A DNA stretch of 59,169 nucleotides, filler included, from Sphacelaria rigidula (lineage: Eukaryota), in assembly GCA_964200075.2 (NCBI GenBank). It is 6 parts of 6 records of this genome, joined end to end, with 100 filler letters (N's around TTAATTAATTAA, not from the genome) between each part and the next. Parts side by side here need not be neighbours in the genome. Positions count along the whole stretch, not along the records: positions 29,636 to 39,413 come from CAXNAA020007784.1; positions 39,514 to 49,291 come from CAXNAA020007785.1; 4 more parts are not named here. One strand, given 5' to 3'. The notes below the pieces were generated by a model. It saw only the letters and a program-made list of their open reading frames with translations. It did no database searches and was not told the origin of the DNA. Positions 36,873 to 49,391 of the stretch are shown here, piece after piece. A program made the translations under genes and the position numbers. Numbering within the stretch: position 1 is the first letter of the stretch; each line of letters starts with the position of its first letter.

Positions 36873-38706
36873 ATGGGGGTCACCGTAGAAACTACACAGC
36901 CTGGAGATGGGCAGACGTATCCGAAGCCCGGTGACAACGTTACCATGGACTACACGGGCACGTTGCTGGATGGGACGGTAAGGGTTCATTCACCCACATA
37001 GCGTCATGATTTAAACCGAAGGTTGGTTATGTGCAAACGCACAACCCTCGAGATTGCATTTTCCCATCACTGACTAGGCTACCCCCACCCGCGGAAGTCG
37101 CCATCTTGATAACCAACAATACCTACGGTGGCAGTAACGACGGAAGGCATGTCGTCGTGGAGGTCTTGCGCAACACATGGAAATTGGCATATCTCTACCA
37201 AACAGCAGTGCCGTGGAACGCGGTGGTTACATTTCAAGCGCACCGCACTTGCAAGTATATACCGCTGCACCACTTCACAACCGTTATACCTCACTGTTGT
37301 TGTACCGCCTGTACCGACGATACAAGAGCTGCACGCCCATGCTCGAGCTCCCGCTTCGTGCGGCTTCGCGGGTCAGACCCACGATAAAACGCTCTAAGAG
37401 CTACGAGGACTCTGTTCCTAAGGAACGAAAAGCTGTTCAAGAATGGCCGAGGATCCAACTCGAGTTTGTGCTTGTACTGTTGTACGGATATCTGAGAAGT
37501 GTGGTCATTTCACATTAGACATTTGCCGCCCACTACCAAATATCATATCCCACAACACTACAACAGTAGTCCTACACACCGTTGCGTGTACTTTCCACAC
37601 CACCGCGTTGGCTGATGTGCCGCTCCGCCGATTTACCTTTTGTGCGTACAACACACAGGTTTTTGACAGCAGCATAAGGAAAGGCCGCAGATTTAACTGC
37701 AAGATCGGCGTGGGACAAGTTATTCAGGTGCGGGCCGCAGCCCCGTAACTCGGGACGGGGTGTACAATGTCCTGCTAGCAGAGGAGCGGCTATACCTAAA
37801 CTATATCCTTTTTCTATGGGCGGGTCGGTATTTTGCCGGAGCGGAAGATCTACGTACTCGTTTGGTTCTGTAGAGCCCAACAGTATGATGGTTCTATCCC
37901 AACAGTTGAACAGCAAACGCGAAGATGGGGGAGAAAATCAGACCAGAAGCGCACGACATGACCCCTCTTTTCAACCATCTGTACTCGAGGAAATTGATCC
38001 ACCCATGAAGGAAACAAATAGCCAGCGAAATACCCCGTAGGGAGGGGGGGGAAGAAATGAGCGAGACATCCTCGTGATGTAGTATGTAGAAAACGTATGT
38101 ACTTGCCGACATCGGAGTGCTCCTGTTGTACTTTACGCGAAAAATATTCAAATGTTTGTTACGACAAGTAACAAGCTTGAAAATTTCGTCTTGGTTTTCA
38201 GAACGAAAGTACATTCCGTAACGGTTCACTCACTCATTTGAAATGTATCACACCTTGGACAAAATATATGGTAAATAGTTGCAATAGAAAAGAAACGTAT
38301 TGCATACAGTATAGGCCTATTGCGACTGTTGTCGGCGATAGTTGTAATAGGCCTATACTTTATGCAGTTCACTTTTCGTCTATTGCATCTATTGACCATA
38401 TATTGTCCAGGGTGTGAAATGAATATACCCCCGCGCCGCCAACCCAAGCACGTGCGTCTAGTGGTTTTTGTCTTGAACCCCTGTCACAGAACAGTGTGAG
38501 CAATTTTCCTCTGCGCGCCTGCGGCGATTTTTATAACGGCAAGATTTCAGTTTCCATCTTTTGCCCTCGGTCTTTCCGTGAATTTTGGCAGGGATGGGAT
38601 GAAGGTGTACCACGAATGTCCCTCGGAGAGAAGGCTATCCTCAGGTGTTCTTCTGACTACGCCTATGGGCCAGAGGGAGCAGGGGGTGTCATCCCACCGA
38701 ATGCCG
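36873..38706 (+). CDS. FKBP12: FKBP12-type peptidyl-prolyl cis-trans isomerase (last exon missing)
   Basis: Exons 36873-36977, 37659-37727, 38592-38706: [96 protein letters not shown]. The terminal L.F.VELL exon was not found before the contig end. Confidence 0.96.
38249..38416. mobile_element. MITE, CACACCCTGGACAA-TIR family, in FKBP12 intron 2
   Basis: TIRs CACACCTTGGACAA / TTGTCCAGGGTGTG. TSD AAATGTAT / AAATGAAT. Confidence 0.8.
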
Positions 38707-39413
38707 GTGAGAGACGAGAAGGAACAGATGGCGGAGAAAAGGTCACCGTATCAGTATGACCGCCCTTGTCCACCTGGTGGGAACGTTCTTTGAAAGCGAT
38801 TCACCAGGCCAACAAACAGCACGCAATCGTTATGGATTACATGAGACGTGTATTACAAGTAGTTCGTGTGTCGGCCTGACATGATGAACCGCTATATGTG
38901 GAAATGATGCTCTCACGTGTCAAAATACCATCTTAGATATACTGCCTTTGCCACTAGTAAAAATCGGAAATATTTTCATTAGATACCTGTACAGAGTTTG
39001 TGATAATCATCCAAACGTGCCATGGAGCTATCGTTTTACTGAATCGAAGTATAGGAGGAGAGCATGATCGTGGTAGGTCATCCTCTACTGTTCATATTTT
39101 AGTGGACAGGGCCAAAACGCTTGGGCTCATGTATTTCGAGCTTCTGAACCATGCTGAAGTAGACTGGCTACACCGCGGGAAAATGCGCCTCAAGCTGGCC
39201 AGGAATACCGACCATTCAACGTTCAATTATCATGAAACAACTTATCAAGACCAAAAAAAGCAAGTCTATGGTTGCCGAGACTAATCGACATGCTCCTTTT
39301 GATCGCTTGTTCCTCTTCCCGTTTTTTTTTTGTCTCGATAAGATCTTGCCTCAGACCGTGTTGTTGTTGTCTTCACATTAAAAACCGTTCCGATATGTTC
39401 GGGTCACCTTAGT

Positions 39414-39513
39414 NNNNNNNNNNNNNNNNNNNNNNNNNNNNNNNNNNNNNNNNNNNNTTAATTAATTAANNNNNNNNNNNNNNNNNNNNNNNNNNNNNNN
39501 NNNNNNNNNNNNN
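39414..39513. other. Artificial contig-joining linker
   Basis: N44-TTAATTAATTAA-N44. Confidence 0.97.
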
Positions 39514-40499
39514 ATGAGGCGCTTCATGCAGCCTCAACCCGAACATTAGGCGCTTTATGGTCATTTTTTTCGTCACACTTTTAGCTGGTTTTGGGGGGGG
39601 GCTACCGCAGAAAGTGTCGCAACTTGTTGTCATGGAACCGTTCTCGTGTTCCGGGTATCGTCGATCACGAGGGAGGTATATCGTACTACTTATCAGGGTA
39701 TCACAGGTTGTCACTGGCGTTTCGAGTACACCCGATTCGGATTACACAGGTGTGCCCAAGGAGGTAATGCACGGATAAATAGTATACAAATCACTCACGC
39801 AAGCCTCGGTACGAATACTCGGGTAATGGAGATCGTCAAGCGGACTTGAACGAATCACACGGGTCATACGGATTGTACATCAGGGCATGTGTACAGAGCA
39901 ACAGGGTTCTTCGGGTCACCAGCCGAGAAATGCACATAGATCAAACGGGTCATACCGGTATCAGATCAACCTCAGATCGCGAACGTCACACGGCTGATCG
40001 GCAGGTGGGCTTGCGGGAGCCACCCGTGCTTCATCAACGCCGGTAATGTACGCGTTGATGACTTGTCCCCGGAGAGTTTTGTCAGGCGCTGGCCGAACAG
40101 CGTCATGATGAATCAATTGAGCATAGAGCTATATCTTGCTTCTCCCTTTTCTCGCGGCGCACGAGTGCGCACCCTTAAGGAGGAAATACGAAAACAGTCG
40201 TCCATACTGCCGCTGACACAGCTGTTGTTGATATTATTGCATAAAAAGTGCCTCAACGGTAGTCAGTGCTAATGCTTAGACGCCGCTGCTGTTGTTACTA
40301 TTCGAGTGCGAACTAGGTGGACCTTACTATCAGCAAAGCGGTGTGTGTTGTGCGGGATGACCTCGCTCCCTAGGCCCATGATATTTCCCGTATCTTCCAT
40401 AAGTCTACACTCTGTTGAGCATGCGAGCAGATCAAAAATCCACAGTGATAACTCGATCGTACACTCCACCAGATAGTCCTGCGAATGAACATACTGTAC

Positions 40500-40682
40500 C
40501 AAGGGCAGGTCGAATAGAGTATGTACTTTTGAGTACTCGAGTAAAATGCCCGAGTATTCACTGAACTCAATTTTTGAGTAGGTCGAGGACGGCCTCAAAT
40601 ACTCTACTCAAAAATTGAGTACTTACAGCATGACTCTTCGAAAATACTGAGTATTGATTATACTCTACTTGACCTGCCCTTG
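40500..40682. mobile_element. MITE, CAAGGGCAGGT-TIR family (relative of the 17147 copy)
   Basis: TIRs CAAGGGCAGGTCGAATAGAGTAT / ATACTCTACTTGACCTGCCCTTG. Internally palindromic. No clear TSD. Confidence 0.75.
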
Positions 40683-41493
40683 AAATATACGTACTCCATG
40701 TTTCATGATCCCGGGATATTACGGTGAACCTACGGGCTTGTAAACATGCACAATGTACCCGGGCCATATAGGCCAGCAGACGAGGAATACTGAATACTGT
40801 TTCTTGTATACTAGATTCGTATCCCACGGGTAGGGGGTAGCTTTTGGTATACGTGGGATTCACGTCGCACCAGTCGACGAGATTCTGCTGTGTTTGCCCG
40901 AGCCGAGTTGTAAAGATGACACAGTTCTGCAGATCAGTTGTACACAAAAGCGTTTGTGAAGCGGGTCGTACAGCTCGTCGTTCGGCAAATATGTACGGGT
41001 CAAGTGCGTCCTAGATATCACCATCGGACAGATCATGATCCATGTCCCGAACGAACGGACCTAGATCTGTCACGAGCTGATATATCCAACGTGTGAATCA
41101 TGTATTTGGCTGTTGTTTCCAACTTTTCCTTGTACCCCTGATCTTTAAGGTCTGGCTTTTACACAAAGATCGTTTCGAAAACGCTTTGCGTGCATCTTAC
41201 GTATGGAGGCGTTCTGGCGTTTTATCATCAAAATTATATACAAGAGTCGTCCCATCGCCCTGTCATTTTTCTCGTATTCAGGTGGTAATGGAAACTTCTT
41301 CAAACAGTACGCTTTTTCTTATCGTCCATCGCCTCCCTTTTAGATGTACGTACGTTCCTGGAGAAACTGAAAGTGTTTGAAACTCTTAGCCTAATTGCTG
41401 ATTTTTTTGTCTTCAAAGTTTGTGAACATTCGTCTCTCGAAAATCTAGTTGTTCACATGTCTGCTATCCGCTCCTCTGTGGTGTTCTCCTCAG

Positions 41494-43217
41494 AGTTGGA
41501 CGCTAGTTTGTCCTACACGACAGACCCGGCAATGGCCACCAAAGGTTCACGGGCGCTTCCGGCACAGGGAGGCTTTTTGCTCGTCAAGCCAGACATGGAG
41601 ATATACGACAGACTCTGTGACGTCATTAGAGAGGTGAGTAGATATGTGGCTTTTACCTAGTGTTCGTGATGAGCAATTTTTCGATTTTTGTGCACTCTGA
41701 CCTGCAGAGACATGTTTGGTACCCCCCCTCCCCCCCCAATGTTTTTCGCACGTATCTGGTCTCACATGTGTTTCCTACTGACATGCACACTTCCTTGCTC
41801 ACTTATACCACGTGCTCACATGACGTTTCTTCTTATAGGGCGACTGGAAAGCAGGGGTCGGGTGGGGAGGCAGCAAGATCGGGTGGTTTTACGGCGGTCC
41901 CACAATTCAGGGAGTGCTGCCGTACTTTTACCATATCCTCGCGCCCGGTACGGCAGTCCAAATAAACAGGTGGGCATGAGGGTGAGACCGAAATGTTGAG
42001 GAAAAAGGGGAATCCGACGATGTGGCTCAGGGTGGTGGCACTGTTTTATGGGGGCGGGATGACGCAAGTTCGTTGAGATCATTCACCGTCGAAATATTTC
42101 TGAACTTTGGAACCCGAAGCAAACAACCCTTGGGAACGGAGGGCTCCACAGTGCACCGTAGGCAAAGTGTGGATTGTTATAACTCAAACCGGCAGAGGTT
42201 CGAGCAGTAACGCGTTCTGCCCACGTTGTCGAGCTAATGTAATGCTCGGCCTCTTGACATGCGACTAATAGCGTACACACTTTACCCTACTGAATTATTC
42301 CTCTCTAATACCCTTCTGATGTCGGGACCCGCGCGGGTTGCGGGAGCACATAATGCGCCCTCGTGCGGCGTCGGACTTCACGATACACCGAGTCGCCCAT
42401 AGCACCCCATCCAGAACCTCGATGTTGTAGGGGTGCGGAAATGCTTACCTGCATGTAGTATGGGACCGAGTTTCATGCATGACCTACCGGTGTACTTCGA
42501 TGTGCCCTGTCTCCAAAGTAGATGTCATCGATCTTGAGGCTACAGGAGGGTTGTCTCGGTGTTCTTGAAGCAAGACACGTTTCGGCACAGGTTTACACAT
42601 CACACTGCTCGTATTCTATTCGGAATACTCTTATCGTGGCCTCTATCTTAGCTGAAACGCTCTATCTGTTCCTCCCACGGCTGCCGGCACTTCACGTCCG
42701 CCGCCGGGCGTGCATGGAATATCCAAACCGTTACACTCGTCCTCAACTCTCCTTCCTCCACAGGTGTATCTACAACCACATGTGCGACAGTGATGAGTGC
42801 CGGGCGCCGCAGTACGCTGTAACGGCAGAATTACAACAGCCGCACCACGAGGAAGAACCAGTCGTGACCATCGTAAATCCCGCCGACACTGAGGTCGGCG
42901 GCGGGGAAGAAGAGGCCATCAGTAGGGCTGATGGACGAAACTCCTCGATGGACAACCATATCCATGACGGTGCCGTGGCTGATGGTGATGTCAGGATATC
43001 GCCCATAAAGAGCGTTCATTTCACACAGAGTTGTATGAAACCATGGACGTGCTACGGTGGCAAAGGTAGACCGGAAAGCGGGTGTGCCGAGCTGCAGCAG
43101 GCGTGGTTCGATGGCCGGAAAGAAATGTTCGCCGCACGAGGTGTACCGTATACCGAGCCCTGCGCGAAACGTGAGTATTCGCCGATGCCCCGAGACTCTG
43201 TCGAAAGTCGCACGTGA
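41494..43217 (+). CDS. GT-A fold, GT8-like glycosyltransferase, 3' half
   Basis: Exons 41494-41633, 41839-41969, 42764-43217 (stop), in phase: ...LPAQGGFLLVKPDMEIYDRLCDVIRE-GDWKAGVGWGGSKIGWFYGGPTIQGVLPYFY...INR-CIYNHM...IKSVHFTQSCMKPW. Resembles the GT8 motifs NxGxxvxxP, DQGxL, YN and HFxxxxKPW. The DxD exon was not found. Confidence 0.78.
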
Positions 43218-44525
43218 GCTGTACCGGTACTTGTCGCTCTAAGATATTCTTTCGGAGCGAGGAAAAGACAACGTGCGTCTTGTCGAACGGAGTGGCGTCT
43301 ATGCGGGAATTATCCTTCAATGGTTTTGCCCCGGTCGGGGTACCAAGGTGCCTCGCAGGGCTTGAGAGTAGGAATACGGCGTTAAAATCATTTTTCTCGT
43401 ACGCGTTTTCCAGTAAAATGATTTTGTGTGGGGGCGCTATTCCCAACTCGTTTGCTTGCACCCTATCAAGGCGCCTTGAGCGCTTCACGGTTCTGCTCCG
43501 AAAGTGCATCCTCCGATGTAAAGGAAAAGCAACGATTCAATGGTTCACCGCAGATGCGTGCACTAAGAGTCGGCTGATTTCCGGTATTTGCCAGTTGTTC
43601 GAGAAAAACTTGCGCAAAACTGCTTCATCGTACTTGACATTCAAACCCCGATACTGTGATGATAGATGAAGGCGTTACCCCGAAATCATGGGATGCATTC
43701 GAACGCTGTTGTCGTCCTGAATCGACATGACAGATACTACTGTAGTTTCCGTTTCCATCGGGGTCGTTCGTGCTGTGCCCGTACGCGTTGCAGCTACGTT
43801 TGGTGGATGTTATTCGAGAGTATCTGTATCTCTCCCCTATCTTGGTGCACTTCTACTGCCACTGTTGTCTCGGTACCCATCTCGTAATTTCCCACTCCTT
43901 TTCTTGTGTGAGGTTTGCGCTCCTTCGTGGGGTATTCGGTGGCCTCGGGAAACGTGTATCTTTGTACTGTGTTGCACCCTTCGTCAACTGAGTTCGTGGG
44001 GTGTTCTCGTTCGTTTCACTAGAGCAAGTGCCTTGGAGTGTTTGGCGTAAATTTATCGCTTCCTTTTTCTGTGCAAGCGCTGTTGAAAAGTTGATTGCCG
44101 AATCGTTGAAAGATGTCCGAGCGTGTAATGGATTTTTAGGTATGAGCCGGTAATGGATTTTTAGGGCATGACCGTGATGGTCGAGCGTGGTGTTTCGGGC
44201 TGAGGGCTGCGCTCCCATCGAAGTCAGTCGTCAGCTTGTCATCAAGTAATCAAATCTTTTGGACTTCCAGTCTTTCCCGCAGTTGTCCAAGGTGAAGGTA
44301 CCTTGAGTCTGCCGTGTGAGGGATACGTCACGGTAGTGTCCGTGTATGATTGCATAGTCCTATTCGAGCGATGTGCCTTGAGTCCATGATACCTTGAAAG
44401 ATACATGTACATGCTTTGCTGCAGGATGCAGCTGGTTCTGTATACGTGTCTTTGACCTGGACTCGTGCGGTGGATTCTGCACGAGTAACTAACTAGCTTT
44501 GTCAGTTTAGCCCAGATTTATATGG

Positions 44526-44788
44526 GACACTTTCTACGATAGCCCCCCCCCTCCCTCCCCCCCAAATGGCTTGTTTGCGGAGGGAAAATCTGCACGTAAA
44601 TCGAAATGAAGAAACGAAGCACAATGAGCAGCTGGGAATTGCCATGCTTCGCTTCGTTTCCGCCAATGTCACCCGTAGTAGGCGCTTCATGCAGCCTGAA
44701 ACCACGCATCCCTTTCGAGACGGAGCATCGTTCCTACTCCTCGGTTTTGGGGGGGTGGGGGGAGGTGCTAATATAGTAGAAAGTGTCA
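44526..44788. mobile_element. MITE with GACACTTTCTAC TIRs
   Basis: GACACTTTCTAC / GTAGAAAGTGTC. Internal segments recur at 39517-39619 (AGGCGCTTCATGCAGCCT) and 57903-57943 (ACCACGCATCCCTTTCGAGACGGAGCA). Confidence 0.7.
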
Positions 44789-45689
44789 CGGCGGATTATG
44801 TGTGAGTAACTGACTAGTAGTGGTGTCAGAGTGGCTACTGTGATGTCTAGACTTCCTGGTGGCCTGTGCTTACCCGGTGTTGAGTTTGAGTTGCTAGTCA
44901 GTAGATCATGTTTGTGTGCCGAGGCCAGAGGCTCATACAAACAAACTAATGTTGCAGCGTGGAATTCAAGCCCACTGTATATGACTTCATGTTGTCCGGA
45001 GAGGATAGACCAGAAGAGAAGGACGCCAAGATTGGTTCTTTATCCGGGGAACGGGTGAACGTTACGGGAGAGACGGTAGGGGTATTAGTCTCTCGCTTGA
45101 AGAAGATCGTGGGATAGTTGGACGAGAGCAGTGAATGATATGCAGCATAATCCTTGGTTTCGATAACGCAGACGTCAACAGACAGGCGGGATGACACAGG
45201 GCGGGCCTTTTGATTTCTCAAATAAATTTGCAAGGTACTCGGAATAAGGTCAAGGAAAGGCATTGCTCATGGGTATGTTTGACAAGTATGATGGCGCACG
45301 AGTTTCGGATGGGCCAGTACACGGGCGTACGGGGGTACGGACAAGTCGGTAAGGATGAAGCCTTGCATGGTGTCTCACGAGATGGACAGGAGCGGAGGAT
45401 GTAGACGACCTGTTTGTTCCATAACAGAGCGCTCATTTCGTGTTGATGAGAGGGGCAAAAGTATTCGGATACAAGCGCTTTCAAAACGTGCCTTACGTTC
45501 TATATTATTCTCAATAGTGACGCATCATTCACTTTCCCGCAAGGTAGATGCGACAAGATGAACCGCATGATGAGTGTTATGGAAATGCCAGGAGACGGTA
45601 ATAATATGATTGACTGTCGATACGCCAGGTAGGCGGGTATGCCTTGCCGAGCATGGAAAGGTCGCGTATTTGGGTGATCGCGATCACCT

Positions 45690-46380
45690 GCTGCCACCAT
45701 GTTGGCTGAAATCTGGTCGATGATATGGATGACAGAGTGGTCGAGTGTAGGTGGGGTTGCGTTCAAAAGCATTTCAAACCACTTCTTCAACCATTCGTTA
45801 TAGGATGACGTATTTGTCCAGCATCAACTTGCTAGTCGCGCTCCTGATGTAGGTTGCGCCGCACCTCTTGTTTCCTTCCGATTCCAAGGACTTCATGTGT
45901 TGACACTGCCCTGCTTGGTTCTTCTTGCGAGCAAACTCTGCTGTCCGGACGGTGACGAGGGCACAGGGTCCTTGAGGTTGGTGCGTAGTTTTCCCCATCA
46001 CTCACGTTCCCTGATATTCTACATCTCTTTGAGGCGATCTCGAGCCTGCTGTGGCGACTCACTGAAACCTCTTGATGTGGGGTTCTTCGGGTAGCGTGGG
46101 AGAGAACCCGAGGCCGTCAGTCGCGTGGCATTCGCGAAGGTCGATGCCATCTCGTTGACGTCCAGAACTGCGGTGGAATTGGTGGCATCCGGGTGCCTGG
46201 TGGCAATGGCCCGCGCAACAATCACCCTACTGTACATCGTCAGGCAGATGTGGAAGCGCACTCCGCTATCCCCACCTCTCGGTTGTGGGCGGTAGTTGGG
46301 TGCGCTCCGTCCGAGGAGATGAAGATGGATGGTGGCTGAGGTCACTCGATGGTCCGAGTTCATCATGCGGTGCACGGTGA
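45690..46380 (-). mobile_element. Degenerate LINE (APE-type non-LTR retrotransposon) ORF2 fragment
   Basis: Endonuclease C-terminal NSDHRVTSATIHL..GRSAPN, then the EN-RT linker pattern NQAG..QHMKSL..EG...YIR.....L.D...I..KWFEMLLNA..PTLD, split over several frames. RT core not recognisable. Confidence 0.7.
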
Positions 46381-46820
46381 CTGTTCGTACGTGTCTTCTG
46401 TCTTGTTGACGTGTCAGGCACTAAGACCAAATAGTTGGGGTGCTCACGTTAAACTCAAGTGACGAAACGCACTACAATAACACAAATACTTATTACCGAC
46501 CTATCTCCGACCTGAACCCCTCCCCCCGCCCGCCTCTTGATTTAATATGATGACTTATCCATGTACAAGACGTTTTACTGTCATTTCTCTTCTAATCTCA
46601 CCTTGGATGAATTGGTACGGTATTGAATGGTTCGACCAAACACCATGTACTACTCTCTATACCGCGCTTTTGTTTTCTGGATAACCCTTATGTTGGTTAG
46701 ATGTAGCTCTTTCTCAGTTTAGGGTGTAAGCGCTCACCGAAGTGTCCCTACTTTAGTTCTAGTTCTTGCATCTGTTCTCAAACTTGCTACTTGTATTGGC
46801 TTACCACATTTAGTTTTATT

Positions 46821-47046
46821 GGGACTATGGGAGTGTTGTCGTGGTGTCGAGATTGAGTTTTGGGTGGTTTGGGCCTGGCACGGGCACCTCCGGCGGTCAT
46901 GTTTCCCTGTTGTATCCTGTTTTGGCTGAAAAGCCGATGAGTATACTCACTGTTATCTAGTGTCCTTTAGTGTGACTTCATTATAGGTTTGATTGCTCTG
47001 ATGAAAATCTGCGTTAGTTCATGTTGTGTTCATGTTGTCTTCAACA
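46821..47046 (+). mobile_element. Probable 3' LTR with upstream polypurine tract
   Basis: GGGACTATGGGAG directly followed by TGTTG (46834)...CAACA (47046). No partner LTR or TSD seen. Confidence 0.45.
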
Positions 47047-49291
47047 GGCTTTGGGGGGGGGGGGGGTCATTAGGGGTCTCGGGAAAACTCATTCAAGATA
47101 ATTATTGCTTAGTAACAACTGGGACCAGCGCCTACATACATGTGCTCGACCTAGGATCAAATACAATTTAACTTTCTCTATTTTTTCACCAACACCAATA
47201 AGATCGCAGGAACCCAAGAACATGGTTGAGTCGCTCAGTCATTGAGGGGCGCGAAATCACCATTTATATTTTTCAACTGGCGGTAAGAGATTTTTTCAGT
47301 TGTGCCCATTGTGACAAAAGTGGTAGACACAACCTGGTGTCCGAGAGGGCATTTCGTCCTGTCCTCCGACTCAACACACCTCCATGATCTTCCGCGAGTT
47401 TCTTGCACGAAGCAACCACGACCTTAACGTAGTACGATCAGGGACAGCGGCACGGCGGGTATGATGCTGCAACGTTCCCCCCCACCCCCCCCCTCTCCGA
47501 GCTTTACCACGCTTCGCGTTGGGTGATTGGGAGCATGCTCTTGCGAAAATCATTCGTGCTCCGGCCCGGCTCTGTAGGGATGCGGGGTCAATGGTCTTGT
47601 TCTACGGCACGCAAGATCATGGTGGGTACTTTCCCATCCCCCCTCTCCTTCTATCGTTGATCGATTCGACTGATCTGCCAAGTTGTGGTTTTGCCGCAGT
47701 CAAGCTTGTGTTTGTGCAACGCTCGAAGCGAACTGGATGGCTGCGCCCTGTACACCTGCGTATCACGCTAGCGGTCCCGTTCCTGATTACAACAGGCAGT
47801 GGAGATGAGATGCATACTCGATTTCAGAGCAGCCACCATGGTGGAGTGTAAACATTCCCGAGAATGAGCGTGAGCTACCAGTTATGAAAAGCAGAAGCTT
47901 GGGCCGGCGGGTACATACATGCCCGTGCGTCAACAACAAAATATCATTCCGTGCCAATCGAACCAGCCTTGTCGACAAATACGTTGGACGAGATGAGCGC
48001 CGCGGCATCCATTCAATTCAAGGAATTTCTACTTGTGCAAAGCAAAAACATTTACCCGAAGGTAACTATGAGCCCTGAGGCCGTTCTAGCCTTCCCGCCA
48101 CAGCGTCTGCATGATCTTGGGCAATCTCTCCGAAGAGACGTGACAACGTCTTCGGCATCGCGTTCGGGACAGCCTTGGCAAATGCAGCTCGTACCCCGGT
48201 CAACTGCCGAAACCTGCGAGCAATGTTAGCACGACAGCACACAAGAAAGATACAGCAAGTTGGTCAACGACAAAGCACTGCAACTCGCCTAGGGGAAAGC
48301 TGCACCCACGTAGGGTCTCAGTGACTCAAGGTCGCCCTGTCAATCGCGCTGCATTGTTCCAGGAAATCGGAATGGATACGTGATGGGTAATCACAATCAT
48401 GGTGCTCAACACCGTTGATATCAAGTGCAATGGAACACGGCGTGTGAGGACGCAGCCTTGTAGCACATGTTTACGCGACAAAGCGGAGACACGCACCCAC
48501 GTGGCACGCATAGCGGCAACATGCCTGGAGACAACATCCCTGGAGAAGTGTCGTTCAAAAGCTGTGCCTCACCGGGTGGCGACACCTCGAACTTGAGAGT
48601 TGGTAAAGCCACTAAAAAGAACAGTAGGTGACACAAGCGGTAGGGCCTCCACGCCAGCTTGTTCGTCCGCTGGTTGGGGTTCCTGAATCGACGGCGAAGG
48701 GCAAGAGAAAACAAAAAAATAAATAACATGGGCACATCATATGGCACGCTGAGCGATCAGTCTCAGCTCAGCCTATGATGTTTGGCGACGCGAGGAAATT
48801 TGCCAAGTAAGGTACAGGTCACAAGTGCCAGGAGTCACCTCGCCAGGAGAGCACGTGGCTTGGACGTGAGACTTGAAAATGATGTCAACATAGTCTCTAC
48901 TGAGCTGTTGACTATTCTTCACTCTCATGAAACACGATAACGACCTTATTTTCCCACAACTGCTGACCACGCCCCCGATCGTCTTCGTGGAATATCACAG
49001 AAGTGAAATAGTAATGGCGCTTTAGAGATCTAAACCCGCATTTCACTTATTCCTTAGCGTGGAGAGAAATTCCCAGGTCTAGACGCTGAGTATCAGGCCG
49101 TAGGAAGAGAGAATCCAAAACTGGATGAATTTCCCTATGACGTGGTGTTCCCCTAGGTCAATTACACGCAAGAAATTCGGTCAATAAGATCCCGAGACGT
49201 CACAATCTTGCCCTCCCCTCTTTTCTTTTTTTTCCTCACACTTTGAACCCCTCCCCTTCCTCGGGATGAGTCCGTGGCCTCAAGGGATCAA

Positions 49292-49391
49292 NNNNNNNNN
49301 NNNNNNNNNNNNNNNNNNNNNNNNNNNNNNNNNNNTTAATTAATTAANNNNNNNNNNNNNNNNNNNNNNNNNNNNNNNNNNNNNNNNNNNN
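49292..49391. other. Artificial contig-joining linker
   Basis: N44-TTAATTAATTAA-N44. Confidence 0.97.

Noticed and set aside
38707-39413. FKBP12 as a truncated pseudogene
   Set aside because: The visible exons are intact with the key hydrophobic-pocket residues. The missing last exon is most simply explained by the contig ending at 39413.
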